Part shown: positions 18,002 through 27,483 of the stretch, piece by piece
Layout: every line of letters begins with the position of its first letter
Numbering within the stretch: the stretch's first letter is position 1
Assembly (NCBI GenBank): GCA_035292445.1
Contig: DATDQB010000017.1
Span: forward strand, 55,051-119,050
Reading direction: 5' to 3'
Length of the DNA stretch: 64,000 nt
Source: Candidatus Omnitrophota bacterium
GTDB lineage: Bacteria; Omnitrophota; Gorgyraeia; Zapsychrales; Zapsychraceae
The notes under the pieces: model-generated
Databases searched by the model: none
The model's input: only the letters and a program-made list of their open reading frames with translations
Told to the model about the DNA's origin: nothing
Position numbers and translations under genes: made by a program

Positions 18002-18065
18002 AGCCCTAAGCCGTAAGTCTTAAGCCGTATATTTTAAAGCTTACAACTTAAGGCTTACGACTTAA
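18002..18065. repeat. Inverted heptamer array (AGNNNTA/CTTACNA family)
   Basis: agcccta agccgta agtctta agccgta ... tttaaag cttacaa cttaagg cttacga. Confidence 0.85.
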
Positions 18066-18078
18066 ATGAGGTATTCCA

Positions 18079-19086
18079 ATGAAGAAATACAACGTGTGCA
18101 TCTTAGGCATCCGCGGGGCCGTTGGGCAGGAGTTTTATAAGATCCTTAAACAACGTAAATTCCCTGTCAAAGAACTGCGCTTGATATCCTCCAGCATTGA
18201 AGAAGAGGGCGCGGAAAAATTGGATGGCATACCGTTCACTAAAGTTTCTGTCGAAGCTTTTAAGGGCATGGACATCGGGCTTTTTTCGCCCGGAGCGAGC
18301 GTCAGCAAGATCTGGGCACCGATCGCGGCTAAGGCCGGGTGTGTCGTCATCGACAATACCAGCCAGTTCCGCATGGATCCTGATGTGCCTTTGGTCGTGC
18401 CTGAGGTCAATCCGGAAGATGTGGCCAAGCATAAAGGCATTATCGCCAATCCCAATTGCTCGACCATTCAGATGGTTGTCGCCCTGAAACCTTTGCATGA
18501 TTACGGTAAGATCAAAAGGATCGTCGTTTCGACGTACCAGTCTGTCTCGGGCGCGGGCTCGGCCTGCATCAGCGAACTCTCCGAACAGGAACAGGCCCAT
18601 GTGAAACATAAACCGATCAAGGTCAAAAATTTCAGCCACCAGATCTTTCATAACCTTATCCCGCAGATCGATGTGCCCATGGATAATCTCTACACCAAAG
18701 AAGAGATGAAGATGGTCAATGAGACCAAAAAGATCATGCATGATGATTCGATCCGCGTGAGCGCGACCTGCGTGCGCGTTCCCGTTGTGCGGGCACACAG
18801 CGAATCGGTCAACATCGAAACGCAAAAGAAGATCACGCGCGAAAAAGCTATTGAACTCTTGCGTAAAGCCCCTGGCGTGCAGATCATCGATGACATCACA
18901 AAAGGCAAATACCCACAGCCGCTTGATGCTGAAGGCAAGGATGATACTTTCATCGGGCGCATCCGCGAAGACGTCTCCATCGAAAACGGCCTTAACATGT
19001 GGATCGTATCCGACAACCTCCGCAAAGGCGCCGCTTTAAATGCCATCCAGATAGCGGAAGAATTGATAAAAAGAAAATTAGTTTAG
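18079..19086 (+). CDS. asd: Aspartate-semialdehyde dehydrogenase
   Basis: IANPNCSTIQM, TYQSVSGAG, CVRVPV, DNLRKGAALNA. Confidence 0.96.
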   Translation: MKKYNVCILGIRGAVGQEFYKILKQRKFPVKELRLISSSIEEEGAEKLDGIPFTKVSVEAFKGMDIGLFSPGASVSKIWAPIAAKAGCVVIDNTSQFRMDPDVPLVVPEVNPEDVAKHKGIIANPNCSTIQMVVALKPLHDYGKIKRIVVSTYQSVSGAGSACISELSEQEQAHVKHKPIKVKNFSHQIFHNLIPQIDVPMDNLYTKEEMKMVNETKKIMHDDSIRVSATCVRVPVVRAHSESVNIETQKKITREKAIELLRKAPGVQIIDDITKGKYPQPLDAEGKDDTFIGRIREDVSIENGLNMWIVSDNLRKGAALNAIQIAEELIKRKLV

Positions 19087-19092
19087 CTTATT

Positions 19093-19158
19093 GGTTTCCT
19101 GTTTCCTGTTACCAGTTACCTGTAATTATCTGGTAACGGGTAACGGGTAACAGGTAAC
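19093..19158. repeat. Inverted heptamer array (GTTACCN/NGGTAAC family)
   Basis: gtttcct gtttcct gttacca gttacct ... tggtaac gggtaac gggtaac aggtaac. Confidence 0.9.
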
Positions 19159-19162
19159 TTTT

Positions 19163-19906
19163 ATGCAGAATTACAAATTAACGATTGAATACGACGGCAC
19201 TGACTTTAGCGGTTGGCAGATCCAAACCCCGAGTCAGCGGACCGTACAAGGCGAGATCCAAGCCGCGCTTTACAAGATATTCAAACAAAAAATTACACCT
19301 CTTGGCTCCGGCCGCACCGATAGCGGTGTGCATGCGTTAGGGCAAGTGGCTAACTTCAAAATTAATACTTCTCTCAAAGTTAAGATCATTCAAAAAGCCC
19401 TTAATGCCCATTTGCCCAAAGACATCGCTATCTTGAAAGTACAGAAGGTGGATGAAGCGTTCCACGCCCAATACAGCGCCAAATCAAAAACATATCGCTA
19501 CACCATTTTTAATGGCCCTATTCGACCGGCTCTTTATCGCAATCATTGTTTCCACTATCCCTTTAAACTCAATGTAGCGCTCATGAAGAAAGAGGCGAAA
19601 GCCCTTGTAGGCCGGCATGATTTCAAATCTTTTCAAGCCAGTGATACATCCCGAAAAGAAAAGACCACCGTGCGTACGGTGAAAGGCATTTCTATTAAAA
19701 AAAGTAAGAATTTTATTACTATTAATATTGAAGCCGATGGTTTTCTGTACAAAATGGTCCGAAACATCGTAGGAACGCTTCTTAAACTGGGAAGCGGGCA
19801 AGCAGAAGAGGGATCTCTCAAGAAAATTCTGGCGCAAAAGAACCGTACCGCTGCCTTTGAAACCGCTCCCGCGCAAGGATTAACCCTTGTTAAAGTTATC
19901 TATTAA
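19163..19906 (+). CDS. truA: tRNA pseudouridine(38-40) synthase
   Basis: YDGTDFSGWQ, GRTDSGVHALGQ, FLYKMVRNIVG. Confidence 0.96.
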   Translation: MQNYKLTIEYDGTDFSGWQIQTPSQRTVQGEIQAALYKIFKQKITPLGSGRTDSGVHALGQVANFKINTSLKVKIIQKALNAHLPKDIAILKVQKVDEAFHAQYSAKSKTYRYTIFNGPIRPALYRNHCFHYPFKLNVALMKKEAKALVGRHDFKSFQASDTSRKEKTTVRTVKGISIKKSKNFITINIEADGFLYKMVRNIVGTLLKLGSGQAEEGSLKKILAQKNRTAAFETAPAQGLTLVKVIY

Positions 19907-19936
19907 CTTAAGCCCTCCCTACTCAAAAATTTTTGT

Positions 19937-19964
19937 TTGACATTCATTGGTAAAATGCTATACT
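19937..19964 (+). promoter_or_regulatory. Promoter of rplM-rpsI
   Basis: TTGACA-16-TATACT with TGn. Confidence 0.7.
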
Positions 19965-20011
19965 TCTAACTCAAAATAAACGCAGTCAACGAGTTAGCAC
20001 GGTTAACCAAA

Positions 20012-20446
20012 ATGAAACAAAAAACATATCTCGCTAAGGAAAAAGACGTTGTGCGGACGTGGTATCTGATCGATGCCAAGGATAAGATCCTGGGCCGCAT
20101 CGCCACCAAAGCAGCAACGCTTTTGCGCGGTAAGCATAAGCCGAGTTTTACTCCCCATGTGGACACGGGGGACATGGTTATTATCATTAACGCGGAAAAG
20201 GTGCGGGTCACGGGTAATAAGCTGAAAGATAAAATTTACTCGAGGTATACGGGATATCCATCAGGGCGAAGGCAAATGACATTAGAGCAATTCTTAAAGA
20301 AAGCACCGACAAGAGTCATTGAATTGGCCGTCAAACGCATGATCCCCACGGGGCCATTAGGTTACCGAACGAGGATGAAATTAAAGGTATACGCGGGAGA
20401 AACTCATCCGCACCAGACGCATAAACCGATTCCGATTGAAATATAA
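20012..20446 (+). CDS. rplM: 50S ribosomal protein L13
   Basis: WYLIDA...LGRIA, GKHKP.FTPHVDTGD. Confidence 0.98.
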   Translation: MKQKTYLAKEKDVVRTWYLIDAKDKILGRIATKAATLLRGKHKPSFTPHVDTGDMVIIINAEKVRVTGNKLKDKIYSRYTGYPSGRRQMTLEQFLKKAPTRVIELAVKRMIPTGPLGYRTRMKLKVYAGETHPHQTHKPIPIEI

Positions 20447-20450
20447 AAAA

Positions 20451-20514
20451 GTCACCAGTTACCCGTTACCTGTTACCAGATAAAACAGGCAACTGGTAAC
20501 CGGAAACAGGTAAC
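20451..20514. repeat. Inverted heptamer array (GTTACCN/NGGTAAC family) between rplM and rpsI
   Basis: gtcacca gttaccc gttacct gttacca ... aggcaac tggtaac cggaaac aggtaac. Confidence 0.9.
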
Positions 20515-20534
20515 TCGAGGGAGTTTTAATAGAA

Positions 20535-20930
20535 ATGGTTGAAGTCATTAAATATGCTGCAACAGGCCGACGCAAGAACGCGATCGCCCACGTGATCATC
20601 ACGCCGGGCAGCGGAACGATCTCCGTCAACAAGCGCCCCTTTGAGAATTATTTCTCCCGTGAGACCGACCGTATCTTGATTCTTGAGCCTCTTAATTTGA
20701 CCAATACGCTTGGCAAATTCGATATCGCCGTCAAAGTGATAGGCGGCGGTTCGACCGGACAGGCCGGCGCCTTTCGTTTAGGCTTATCCCGGGCTTTGTC
20801 CTTGTGCGACATTGAACATAAGAATGTTTTAAGGAAAGTTCACCTGCTCAGACGCGATCCCAGAATGAAGGAAAGAAAGAAACCTGGACAAAAGGGAGCG
20901 CGTAAGAAATTCCAGTGGGTTAAGCGGTAA
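20535..20930 (+). CDS. rpsI: 30S ribosomal protein S9
   Basis: TGRRK, GGGSTGQAGA, RDPRMKERKKPG, ends in KR. Confidence 0.98.
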   Translation: MVEVIKYAATGRRKNAIAHVIITPGSGTISVNKRPFENYFSRETDRILILEPLNLTNTLGKFDIAVKVIGGGSTGQAGAFRLGLSRALSLCDIEHKNVLRKVHLLRRDPRMKERKKPGQKGARKKFQWVKR

Positions 20931-20966
20931 TCAGCAGTTAGAAATAAACAATAGTAGTAGCCAGCG

Positions 20967-21017
20967 AAACCTATCTCACGCTCCAAAAAGGGTTTGACGA
21001 GATAGGTTTTTTATTTT
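20967..21017 (+). terminator. Intrinsic terminator after rpsI
   Basis: aaacctatctc...gagataggttt followed by a T-rich tract. Confidence 0.65.
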
Positions 21018-21089
21018 AGTATAGAACATTGTTTCAAATGACCCTAACCTCTGTTTTTCTAAGAGGTTACGAATAAAAAGGACCTAAAA

Positions 21090-22109
21090 ATGGTTAAAAT
21101 AGGTATTGTGGGTATCAGCGGTTATTCCGGTGGTAAATTATTGGAGCGGCTGCTTAAGCACCCGCAAGTTAAGGTCACGTACATAAGCGCCAATAATACG
21201 GAAGGGCCGGTGGCACAGATCTGGCCGCATTTAAACGGCCTCTCTGAGCTGGTCTGCAAAAAATACGATCCGGTGCAGGCAGCCACCAAGGCCGATATCA
21301 TGTTCCTGGCCGTGCCGCATACCGTATCCATGACCATCACCCCCGAACTGTTAAAGCTGGGTAAAAAGGTCATTGATCTAAGCGGCGATTACCGCCTGCC
21401 TTCGGGGGAAGATTATAAAACGTGGTACAAGACAGACCATCAGGATAAAGCCAATTTGAAAAAAGCTGTCTACGGCCTGCCTGAGCTGTACCGGGAAGAT
21501 ATCAAAAAAGCCCAGCTGGTTTCTAATCCCGGCTGCTACCCGACGGCTGCACTCCTGGGGTTGCTGCCCATAATAACGGCGCAGACCAAAGACATCGAAT
21601 CGATCGCTATCGATGCCAAATCAGGCGTAAGCGGCGCCGGGCGCAAAGCAACGCTCGCATTAAGTTTCGGCGAAGTAAATGAAAATTTCAAAGCGTACAA
21701 GGTCTTGAACCATCAGCACACCCCGGAGATCGACCTTCATTTATCGAAGGTCGCGCAAAAACCCATTGAAGTCGATTTCGTGCCGCATTTGTTGCCGGTC
21801 CAAGATGGTATCTTAGAAACAATTTACGTACGCTTATCCGGCAAGGTAACGCTGGAAAAAATCCATCAGCTCTACCAACGTTTCTATAAAACAGAGAACT
21901 TTGTCCGCGTATTGGATGCGGGGCAGCAGGTCGAGCTTAACTATGTGGTGGGGACAAACTTTTGCGATATCAGCCTCGCCGTCAGCCGAAGCGGGAAACT
22001 TTTGGTCGTGACCTGCGCGATCGATAATCTTTTGAAAGGCGCCTCGGGCCAGGCGATCCAGAACATGAACATCATGTGCGGCTTCAAAGAAACGGAAGGA
22101 CTGCTGTGA
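21090..22109 (+). CDS. argC: N-acetyl-gamma-glutamyl-phosphate reductase
   Basis: NPGCYPT, KSGVSGAGR, HQHTPEI, DNLLKGASGQA. Confidence 0.96.
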   Translation: MVKIGIVGISGYSGGKLLERLLKHPQVKVTYISANNTEGPVAQIWPHLNGLSELVCKKYDPVQAATKADIMFLAVPHTVSMTITPELLKLGKKVIDLSGDYRLPSGEDYKTWYKTDHQDKANLKKAVYGLPELYREDIKKAQLVSNPGCYPTAALLGLLPIITAQTKDIESIAIDAKSGVSGAGRKATLALSFGEVNENFKAYKVLNHQHTPEIDLHLSKVAQKPIEVDFVPHLLPVQDGILETIYVRLSGKVTLEKIHQLYQRFYKTENFVRVLDAGQQVELNYVVGTNFCDISLAVSRSGKLLVVTCAIDNLLKGASGQAIQNMNIMCGFKETEGLL

Positions 22110-23248
22110 AGATCGTAAAGGGTAGCGTCACCAAACCTTTGGGATTCAAGGCCAACGGCCTTTATTGCGGGATCAAACGTTCCGGCAAACCGGATCTGGC
22201 GTTGATCGCAAGCGACAACTTGGCTCAAGCCGCCTGTGTGTTCACGAAGAATTCGATCAAGGCAGCACCGCTGATCGTTTGCCAACAACACATTCGCAAT
22301 AATAAAGCGCAAGCCATTATTGCCAACAGCGGCAACGCCAACTGCTTCACCGGGCGTTTCGGGAAAATTTACGCGCAACGCACGACCGAGATCATAGGAA
22401 AACTGCTTAAGATACGAAGCAGCGATTGCCTGGTCGCTTCAACGGGAATCATCGGCAAGACGCTTCCGTTCAAAAGAATCGAGGCTTCGGCGGAAAAATT
22501 GGTCAAAGGATTAAGCCGCAACGGCGCTTCGAAAGCGGCAAAGGCGATCCTGACAACCGACCTGACCCTCAAAGAGATCGCCGTTGAGCTGACCATCGCG
22601 GGGAAAAAAGTGACCATCGCCGGCATGGCCAAAGGAAGCGGCATGATCGCCCCTAACATGGCGACCATGCTGGCGTTCATCACAACGGACGCGGCGATTT
22701 CAGGGAACATGCTCAAAAAAGCGCTCAAATTCGCTAATGATAAATCCTTTAACCGCATCACGGTCGATGGCTGCATGAGCACCAATGATATGGTCGCTGT
22801 TCTGGCAAATGGCAAGGCAAAAAATAATACCGTGAACAAAAACGGAAAAGATTTCAATAAATTTTGTGAGGCATTGACGTTCGTTTGCCTTGACCTAGCC
22901 AAAAAGATCGTCCTGGATGGAGAAGGCGCGACAAAGTTTATCGAGGTTCAAGTGAAGGGAGCGCAAAGCGAAAAACAGGCCCATCAGGCCGGCTTGGCGG
23001 TCGCCAATTCGAATTTAGTTAAAACGGCCGCCTACGGCAGCAACCCCAACTGGGGGCGCGTGGCCGCGGCCATAGGTTCCTTGGGCATCGCCCAGGTAAC
23101 GGAGGAAAATTTAAAGATCAACTTCAGCCCGTTCGACAAAAAACATATAAAGATCATCGTTGATCTCAACATCGGCAAACATAGCGCGAGCGTATTCACA
23201 TCGGATCTGTCCTATGAATACGTGAAGATCAACGTGGCGTACACTTAA
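22106..23248 (+). CDS. argJ: Ornithine acetyltransferase
   Basis: NSGNAN, STGIIG, KGSGMIAPNMATML, DGEGATK; GTG start overlaps the argC stop. Confidence 0.95.
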   Translation: MKIVKGSVTKPLGFKANGLYCGIKRSGKPDLALIASDNLAQAACVFTKNSIKAAPLIVCQQHIRNNKAQAIIANSGNANCFTGRFGKIYAQRTTEIIGKLLKIRSSDCLVASTGIIGKTLPFKRIEASAEKLVKGLSRNGASKAAKAILTTDLTLKEIAVELTIAGKKVTIAGMAKGSGMIAPNMATMLAFITTDAAISGNMLKKALKFANDKSFNRITVDGCMSTNDMVAVLANGKAKNNTVNKNGKDFNKFCEALTFVCLDLAKKIVLDGEGATKFIEVQVKGAQSEKQAHQAGLAVANSNLVKTAAYGSNPNWGRVAAAIGSLGIAQVTEENLKINFSPFDKKHIKIIVDLNIGKHSASVFTSDLSYEYVKINVAYT

Positions 23249-23249
23249 T

Positions 23250-24101
23250 ATGGAAGAAGTCATTAAAAAAGCTAACATCCTGATCGAGGCGATCCCTTAC
23301 ATCCATGCGTTCCGCCGGAAACTGTTCGTGATCAAATTCGGTGGCAGCATCCTGGATAATGACGCGATCCGCCAGAATGTCCTGGAAGACATTGTTTTCT
23401 TAAGCTATGTCGGCATCCGCACGATCCTGGTCCACGGCGGCGGCCCGCACATCACGGCGCGCATGAAAGAAGCCGGTTTGAAAAGCGAATTTCACGAAGG
23501 TATCCGGGTAACGGATAAAAAGACGTTGGAGATCGTGACGGAGGAGCTGACCAAGCTCAATGAAAAGATCGTCAAGGAGACCAAAGATCTTAAAGGCGAT
23601 GTCACCGGGCTCAAGGGGCACGAGAACATCATCCACGTGCAGAAACGAAAGGCCTCGCGCGATCTGGGCTTTGTCGGGACGATCACCAACATCGATAAAA
23701 AAGCCTTGTCGGCCCACTTAAAGAAGGGGCACATCACCGTCATTTCCCCCATGGGATTATCGGTAGAGAAGATCCCCCATAATATCAACGCGGATGAAGT
23801 CGCCGCGGCGATCGCGAATTCCCTGGAGGCCGAAAAACTGGTCCTGTTAACGAACGTGCAAGGGGTCATGCGAAATCCGCAAGACGCCGAATCGCTGATA
23901 TCAACGCTTAAGGTGAACGAAATTGACAATTTAATTAAGAGTAATGTGATCCAAGGCGGCATGATACCGAAAGTGCAATCCTGCATCGAGGCGATCAACG
24001 CGGGCGTTAAAAAGACCCACATTGTCGATGCGCGGATCCAGCACGCGCTCTTGCTGGAGTTCTTTACCGACAAAGGTATCGGCACGCAAATTATACCCTG
24101 A
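23250..24101 (+). CDS. argB: Acetylglutamate kinase
   Basis: IKFGG, VHGGGP, NINAD, GGMIPK. Confidence 0.96.
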   Translation: MEEVIKKANILIEAIPYIHAFRRKLFVIKFGGSILDNDAIRQNVLEDIVFLSYVGIRTILVHGGGPHITARMKEAGLKSEFHEGIRVTDKKTLEIVTEELTKLNEKIVKETKDLKGDVTGLKGHENIIHVQKRKASRDLGFVGTITNIDKKALSAHLKKGHITVISPMGLSVEKIPHNINADEVAAAIANSLEAEKLVLLTNVQGVMRNPQDAESLISTLKVNEIDNLIKSNVIQGGMIPKVQSCIEAINAGVKKTHIVDARIQHALLLEFFTDKGIGTQIIP

Positions 24102-25282
24102 TGAAAAAATCTGACATATTAACAACCTATAAAGAATATATCCTAAATACCTACTCACGAACGGAAGGCATTTTCGTGAAAGGCAAGGGGATGACGCTCA
24201 TTGATATTGACGGAAAAAAATATCTGGATTTTTTTCCGGGCTGGGGCGTCAATAATCTCGGGCACTGCCATCCGAAGGTGATGGCCGCGGTGCGGGACCA
24301 AATTTCGAAGCTGATCCATATCCCGAACAATTTTTATCACCCGAACCAGGCCAAATTGGCCAAAGAAATTATCCGCAACACATTTCCCGGGAAAGTGTTC
24401 TTTTGCAACAGCGGCGCCGAGGGCTGCGAGGCCGCCATCAAATTCGCCCGGGCTCATGGCAAAAAAAATAATCCTGAAATTATTACAATGCAAAATTCTT
24501 TTCACGGACGAACGTTAGGAGCGTTGGCTGCTACGGGACAACAAAAGTATCGAAAGGGATTTGACCCGTTACCGGGCTTCAAAATTATTCCTTTTAACGA
24601 TATCAAAGCCGTCAAGGAGGCGGTTACGGATGAAACGATTGCGATCATGCTGGAGCTCATCCAAGGTGAAGGCGGTATCAATATCGCGAGCCAAGAATAT
24701 GTCCAAGAACTTCGTGCGCTATGCGATGAAAAAAAGCTGTTATTGATTTTCGATGAAGTGCAAACAGGCATGGGACGCACCGGAGAGATCTTTGCCTTTA
24801 AACATTACGGGGTGACACCGGATCTGATGGTTCTGGCTAAAGCCTTGGGCGGCGGACTTCCCATCGGCGCATTAGTTGTAAAAAAGGACATCTCCTATAT
24901 TTTTACGCCTGGCATGCATGCCTCGACATTTGGAGGAAGCCCGCTGATTACAAAAGCATCGCTGGCTGCATTCAAGGCTATTCATGCGGAAAAAATGCTC
25001 CCCAATGCCAAGGCCATGGGAAAATATTTAATGACCGGGCTTACTCGATTGAAAGAAAAATTTTCGTGCATCAAAGACATTCGCGGCGTGGGGCTGATGG
25101 TCGGGGTTGAACTAACTTTTGAGGGCAAAAAAGTGTTTGAAAAGTGTTTCGAGAACGGGCTCATCATCAATTGCACCCAGGAAAAGGTATTGCGCCTGAT
25201 GCCGGCTTTAAACGTCACCAAAAAGCAGGTGGACCGCGCGCTTTATATTTTGGAAAAATCTCTTAAAACGGTTACGGGGTAA
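24101..25282 (+). CDS. argD: Acetylornithine aminotransferase
   Basis: FCNSGAE, SFHGRT, DEVQTG, AKALGGG; arg operon context. Confidence 0.94.
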   Translation: MKKSDILTTYKEYILNTYSRTEGIFVKGKGMTLIDIDGKKYLDFFPGWGVNNLGHCHPKVMAAVRDQISKLIHIPNNFYHPNQAKLAKEIIRNTFPGKVFFCNSGAEGCEAAIKFARAHGKKNNPEIITMQNSFHGRTLGALAATGQQKYRKGFDPLPGFKIIPFNDIKAVKEAVTDETIAIMLELIQGEGGINIASQEYVQELRALCDEKKLLLIFDEVQTGMGRTGEIFAFKHYGVTPDLMVLAKALGGGLPIGALVVKKDISYIFTPGMHASTFGGSPLITKASLAAFKAIHAEKMLPNAKAMGKYLMTGLTRLKEKFSCIKDIRGVGLMVGVELTFEGKKVFEKCFENGLIINCTQEKVLRLMPALNVTKKQVDRALYILEKSLKTVTG

Positions 25283-25284
25283 AC

Positions 25285-26199
25285 ATGGCTCGACATTTAT
25301 TGAATTTAGAGGACCTGGCATCCGAGGAGATCCTTCGGATCATGGACATGACCGAGAAGGCCAAGAAGAACAAGACGTGGCACCACGACCTTCTCAAGGG
25401 CCGCACGATCGGGCTGGTCTTTCAAAAGCCGTCCAACCGCACCCGCGTTTCTTTCGAGGTGGGCATCACCCAGCTGGGCGGACATTGCCTTTATTTGGGG
25501 CCGGATGAGATCAATCTAGGCGTGCGTGAATCGACTTCCGATGTGGCCAAAACCCTGTCACGCTTTTTGGACGGGATCGTGGCCCGCACCTTTTCCCATG
25601 AGGATATCATTGAGTTGGCCAAGCAGGCCGACGTTCCGATCATCAACGGCTTATCTGATCTGTACCATCCCTGTCAGGCCTTGACGGATATTTTCTCGAT
25701 CAAAGAAAAGTTCGGGACGTTTAAAGATATCACGCTCGCTTATATCGGCGATGGCAACAATGTCTGCCATTCACTGCTTTTGGCCTGCAGCAAAGTCGGG
25801 ATAAACATGAATATAGCGACCCCTCAAGGGTATGAACCGAATTTTACGATCGTCAATATGGCCAGAAAGCATTGCGAAGTTTCTAAAGCGCATATCTCCA
25901 TCAGCAATTCACCCCAAGAGGCGGCGCGGCAAGCGAATGTGCTGTATGCCGACACGTGGGTCAGTATGGGGCAGGAGGCCGAAGCAGCTAAGAAGCTTCT
26001 GGACTTTGACCAATTCCAGATCAACAAAGAATTGGTGAAATTGGCCAATAAAAATTACATTTTTATGCACTGCCTGCCGGCGCACCGCGGCCAGGAAGTG
26101 ACCGAAGATATTATCGATGGGCCGCATTCAATCATTTTTGACCAGGCGGAAAACCGTTTGCACACGCAAAAAGCGATCTTGATTTTCTTATATTCATAA
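25285..26199 (+). CDS. argF: Ornithine carbamoyltransferase
   Basis: SNRTRVSFE, HPCQ, HCLPAHRG, QAENR. Confidence 0.95.
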   Translation: MARHLLNLEDLASEEILRIMDMTEKAKKNKTWHHDLLKGRTIGLVFQKPSNRTRVSFEVGITQLGGHCLYLGPDEINLGVRESTSDVAKTLSRFLDGIVARTFSHEDIIELAKQADVPIINGLSDLYHPCQALTDIFSIKEKFGTFKDITLAYIGDGNNVCHSLLLACSKVGINMNIATPQGYEPNFTIVNMARKHCEVSKAHISISNSPQEAARQANVLYADTWVSMGQEAEAAKKLLDFDQFQINKELVKLANKNYIFMHCLPAHRGQEVTEDIIDGPHSIIFDQAENRLHTQKAILIFLYS

Positions 26200-26209
26200 A
26201 GGAGTGAAG

Positions 26210-27376
26210 ATGAAAAAAGTTGTCTTAGCATATTCGGGCGGGTTGGACACCTCCTGTGCGATCAAATGGCTTCAAGAACGCGGCTATGAAACGATCGCCT
26301 TTATCGCCGATGTCGGACAAAAGGAAAATTTTGCCGAGATCAAAAAACGCGCGTTGAACACAGGCGCGAAAAAAGTCCATGTCGTTGACCTGAAAAAAGA
26401 ATTCGTTCAAGATTACGTTTTCCCGGCCATTAAAGCCAGCGCCGTCTATGAAAAGAAATATTTCCTGGCAACGGCCCTTTCGCGGCCGTTGATCGCCAAG
26501 CACCAAGTATATATCGCGCAAAAAGAAAAAGCGCAGGCGATCGCCCACGGCTGCACGGGAAAAGGCAATGACCAGGTGCGTTTTGAAGTGACGGCACGCT
26601 TGCTGGATCCGACATTGGAAATTATCGCACCGGTGCGCATATGGGAATTTAAAACGCGCGATGAAGAGATCGATTACGCCAAAGCCAAGAACATCAAGAT
26701 CGATGTCACCAAGAAAAGCCCTTACAGCGTTGATCTGAACCTCTACGGGCGCAGCATCGAATGCGGCGTGCTGGAAGACCCCTGGCGCGAGCCGCCGGAA
26801 GAAATTTATTTCCTGACGCAAAATCCGCTTAAAGCGCCGAACAAACCGACGTACATTACGGTGGATTTTGCCAAAGGTGTACCGGTCAAGATCAACGGCA
26901 AAAGCTATGCACCGGTTGAACTGATCCACCAGTTGAACGCGATCGGCGGGAAGAACAGTGTTGGCCGTGTCGATATGGTGGAAAACCGGTTAGTTGGCAT
27001 CAAATCCCGGGAGATCTATGAAAACCCAGGGGCCACCATCATCCATACCGCCAAGCACGAATTGGAGACTCTGGTTCTGGATCGGGAGACCATGCATTAT
27101 AAAGAATCCATCTCGCAAAAATATGGCGAGATGATCTATTACGGATTGTGGGAAACACCGCTTAAGAAACAACTGGATGCATATTTCAATTCCATCTCGC
27201 AGCGCGTGAGTGGAACTGTGCGGTTAAAATTGTATAAAGGTAATTGCACGGTGGTGGGACGAAAATCCAAGCACTCCCGTTATCAGGAAAAGCTCGCCAC
27301 TTACGGAAAAAAAGATGTTTTTGATCAAAAATTAGCGGATGGATTCATTAAACTGTGGGGCATGCCATATTCGTAA
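26210..27376 (+). CDS. argG: Argininosuccinate synthase
   Basis: AYSGGLDTS, HGCTGKGNDQVRF, ENRLVGIKSRE; the AGGAG RBS favours ATG 26210. Confidence 0.96.
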   Translation: MKKVVLAYSGGLDTSCAIKWLQERGYETIAFIADVGQKENFAEIKKRALNTGAKKVHVVDLKKEFVQDYVFPAIKASAVYEKKYFLATALSRPLIAKHQVYIAQKEKAQAIAHGCTGKGNDQVRFEVTARLLDPTLEIIAPVRIWEFKTRDEEIDYAKAKNIKIDVTKKSPYSVDLNLYGRSIECGVLEDPWREPPEEIYFLTQNPLKAPNKPTYITVDFAKGVPVKINGKSYAPVELIHQLNAIGGKNSVGRVDMVENRLVGIKSREIYENPGATIIHTAKHELETLVLDRETMHYKESISQKYGEMIYYGLWETPLKKQLDAYFNSISQRVSGTVRLKLYKGNCTVVGRKSKHSRYQEKLATYGKKDVFDQKLADGFIKLWGMPYS

Positions 27377-27464
27377 ATAGTTAATAGTAAATAGTGGATA
27401 GTGGATTTTAATGCCCCCGGACATTTTAATTTGTCCTATTAACTATGAACCATTTACTATTCAC
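27373..27464. repeat. Inverted heptamer array (AGTTAAT/CTATTAA family) between argG and argH
   Basis: gtaaata gttaata gtaaata gtggata ... ctattaa ctatgaa ccattta ctattca. Confidence 0.85.
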
Positions 27465-27483
27465 AAAACACTGAGGTTTTATC

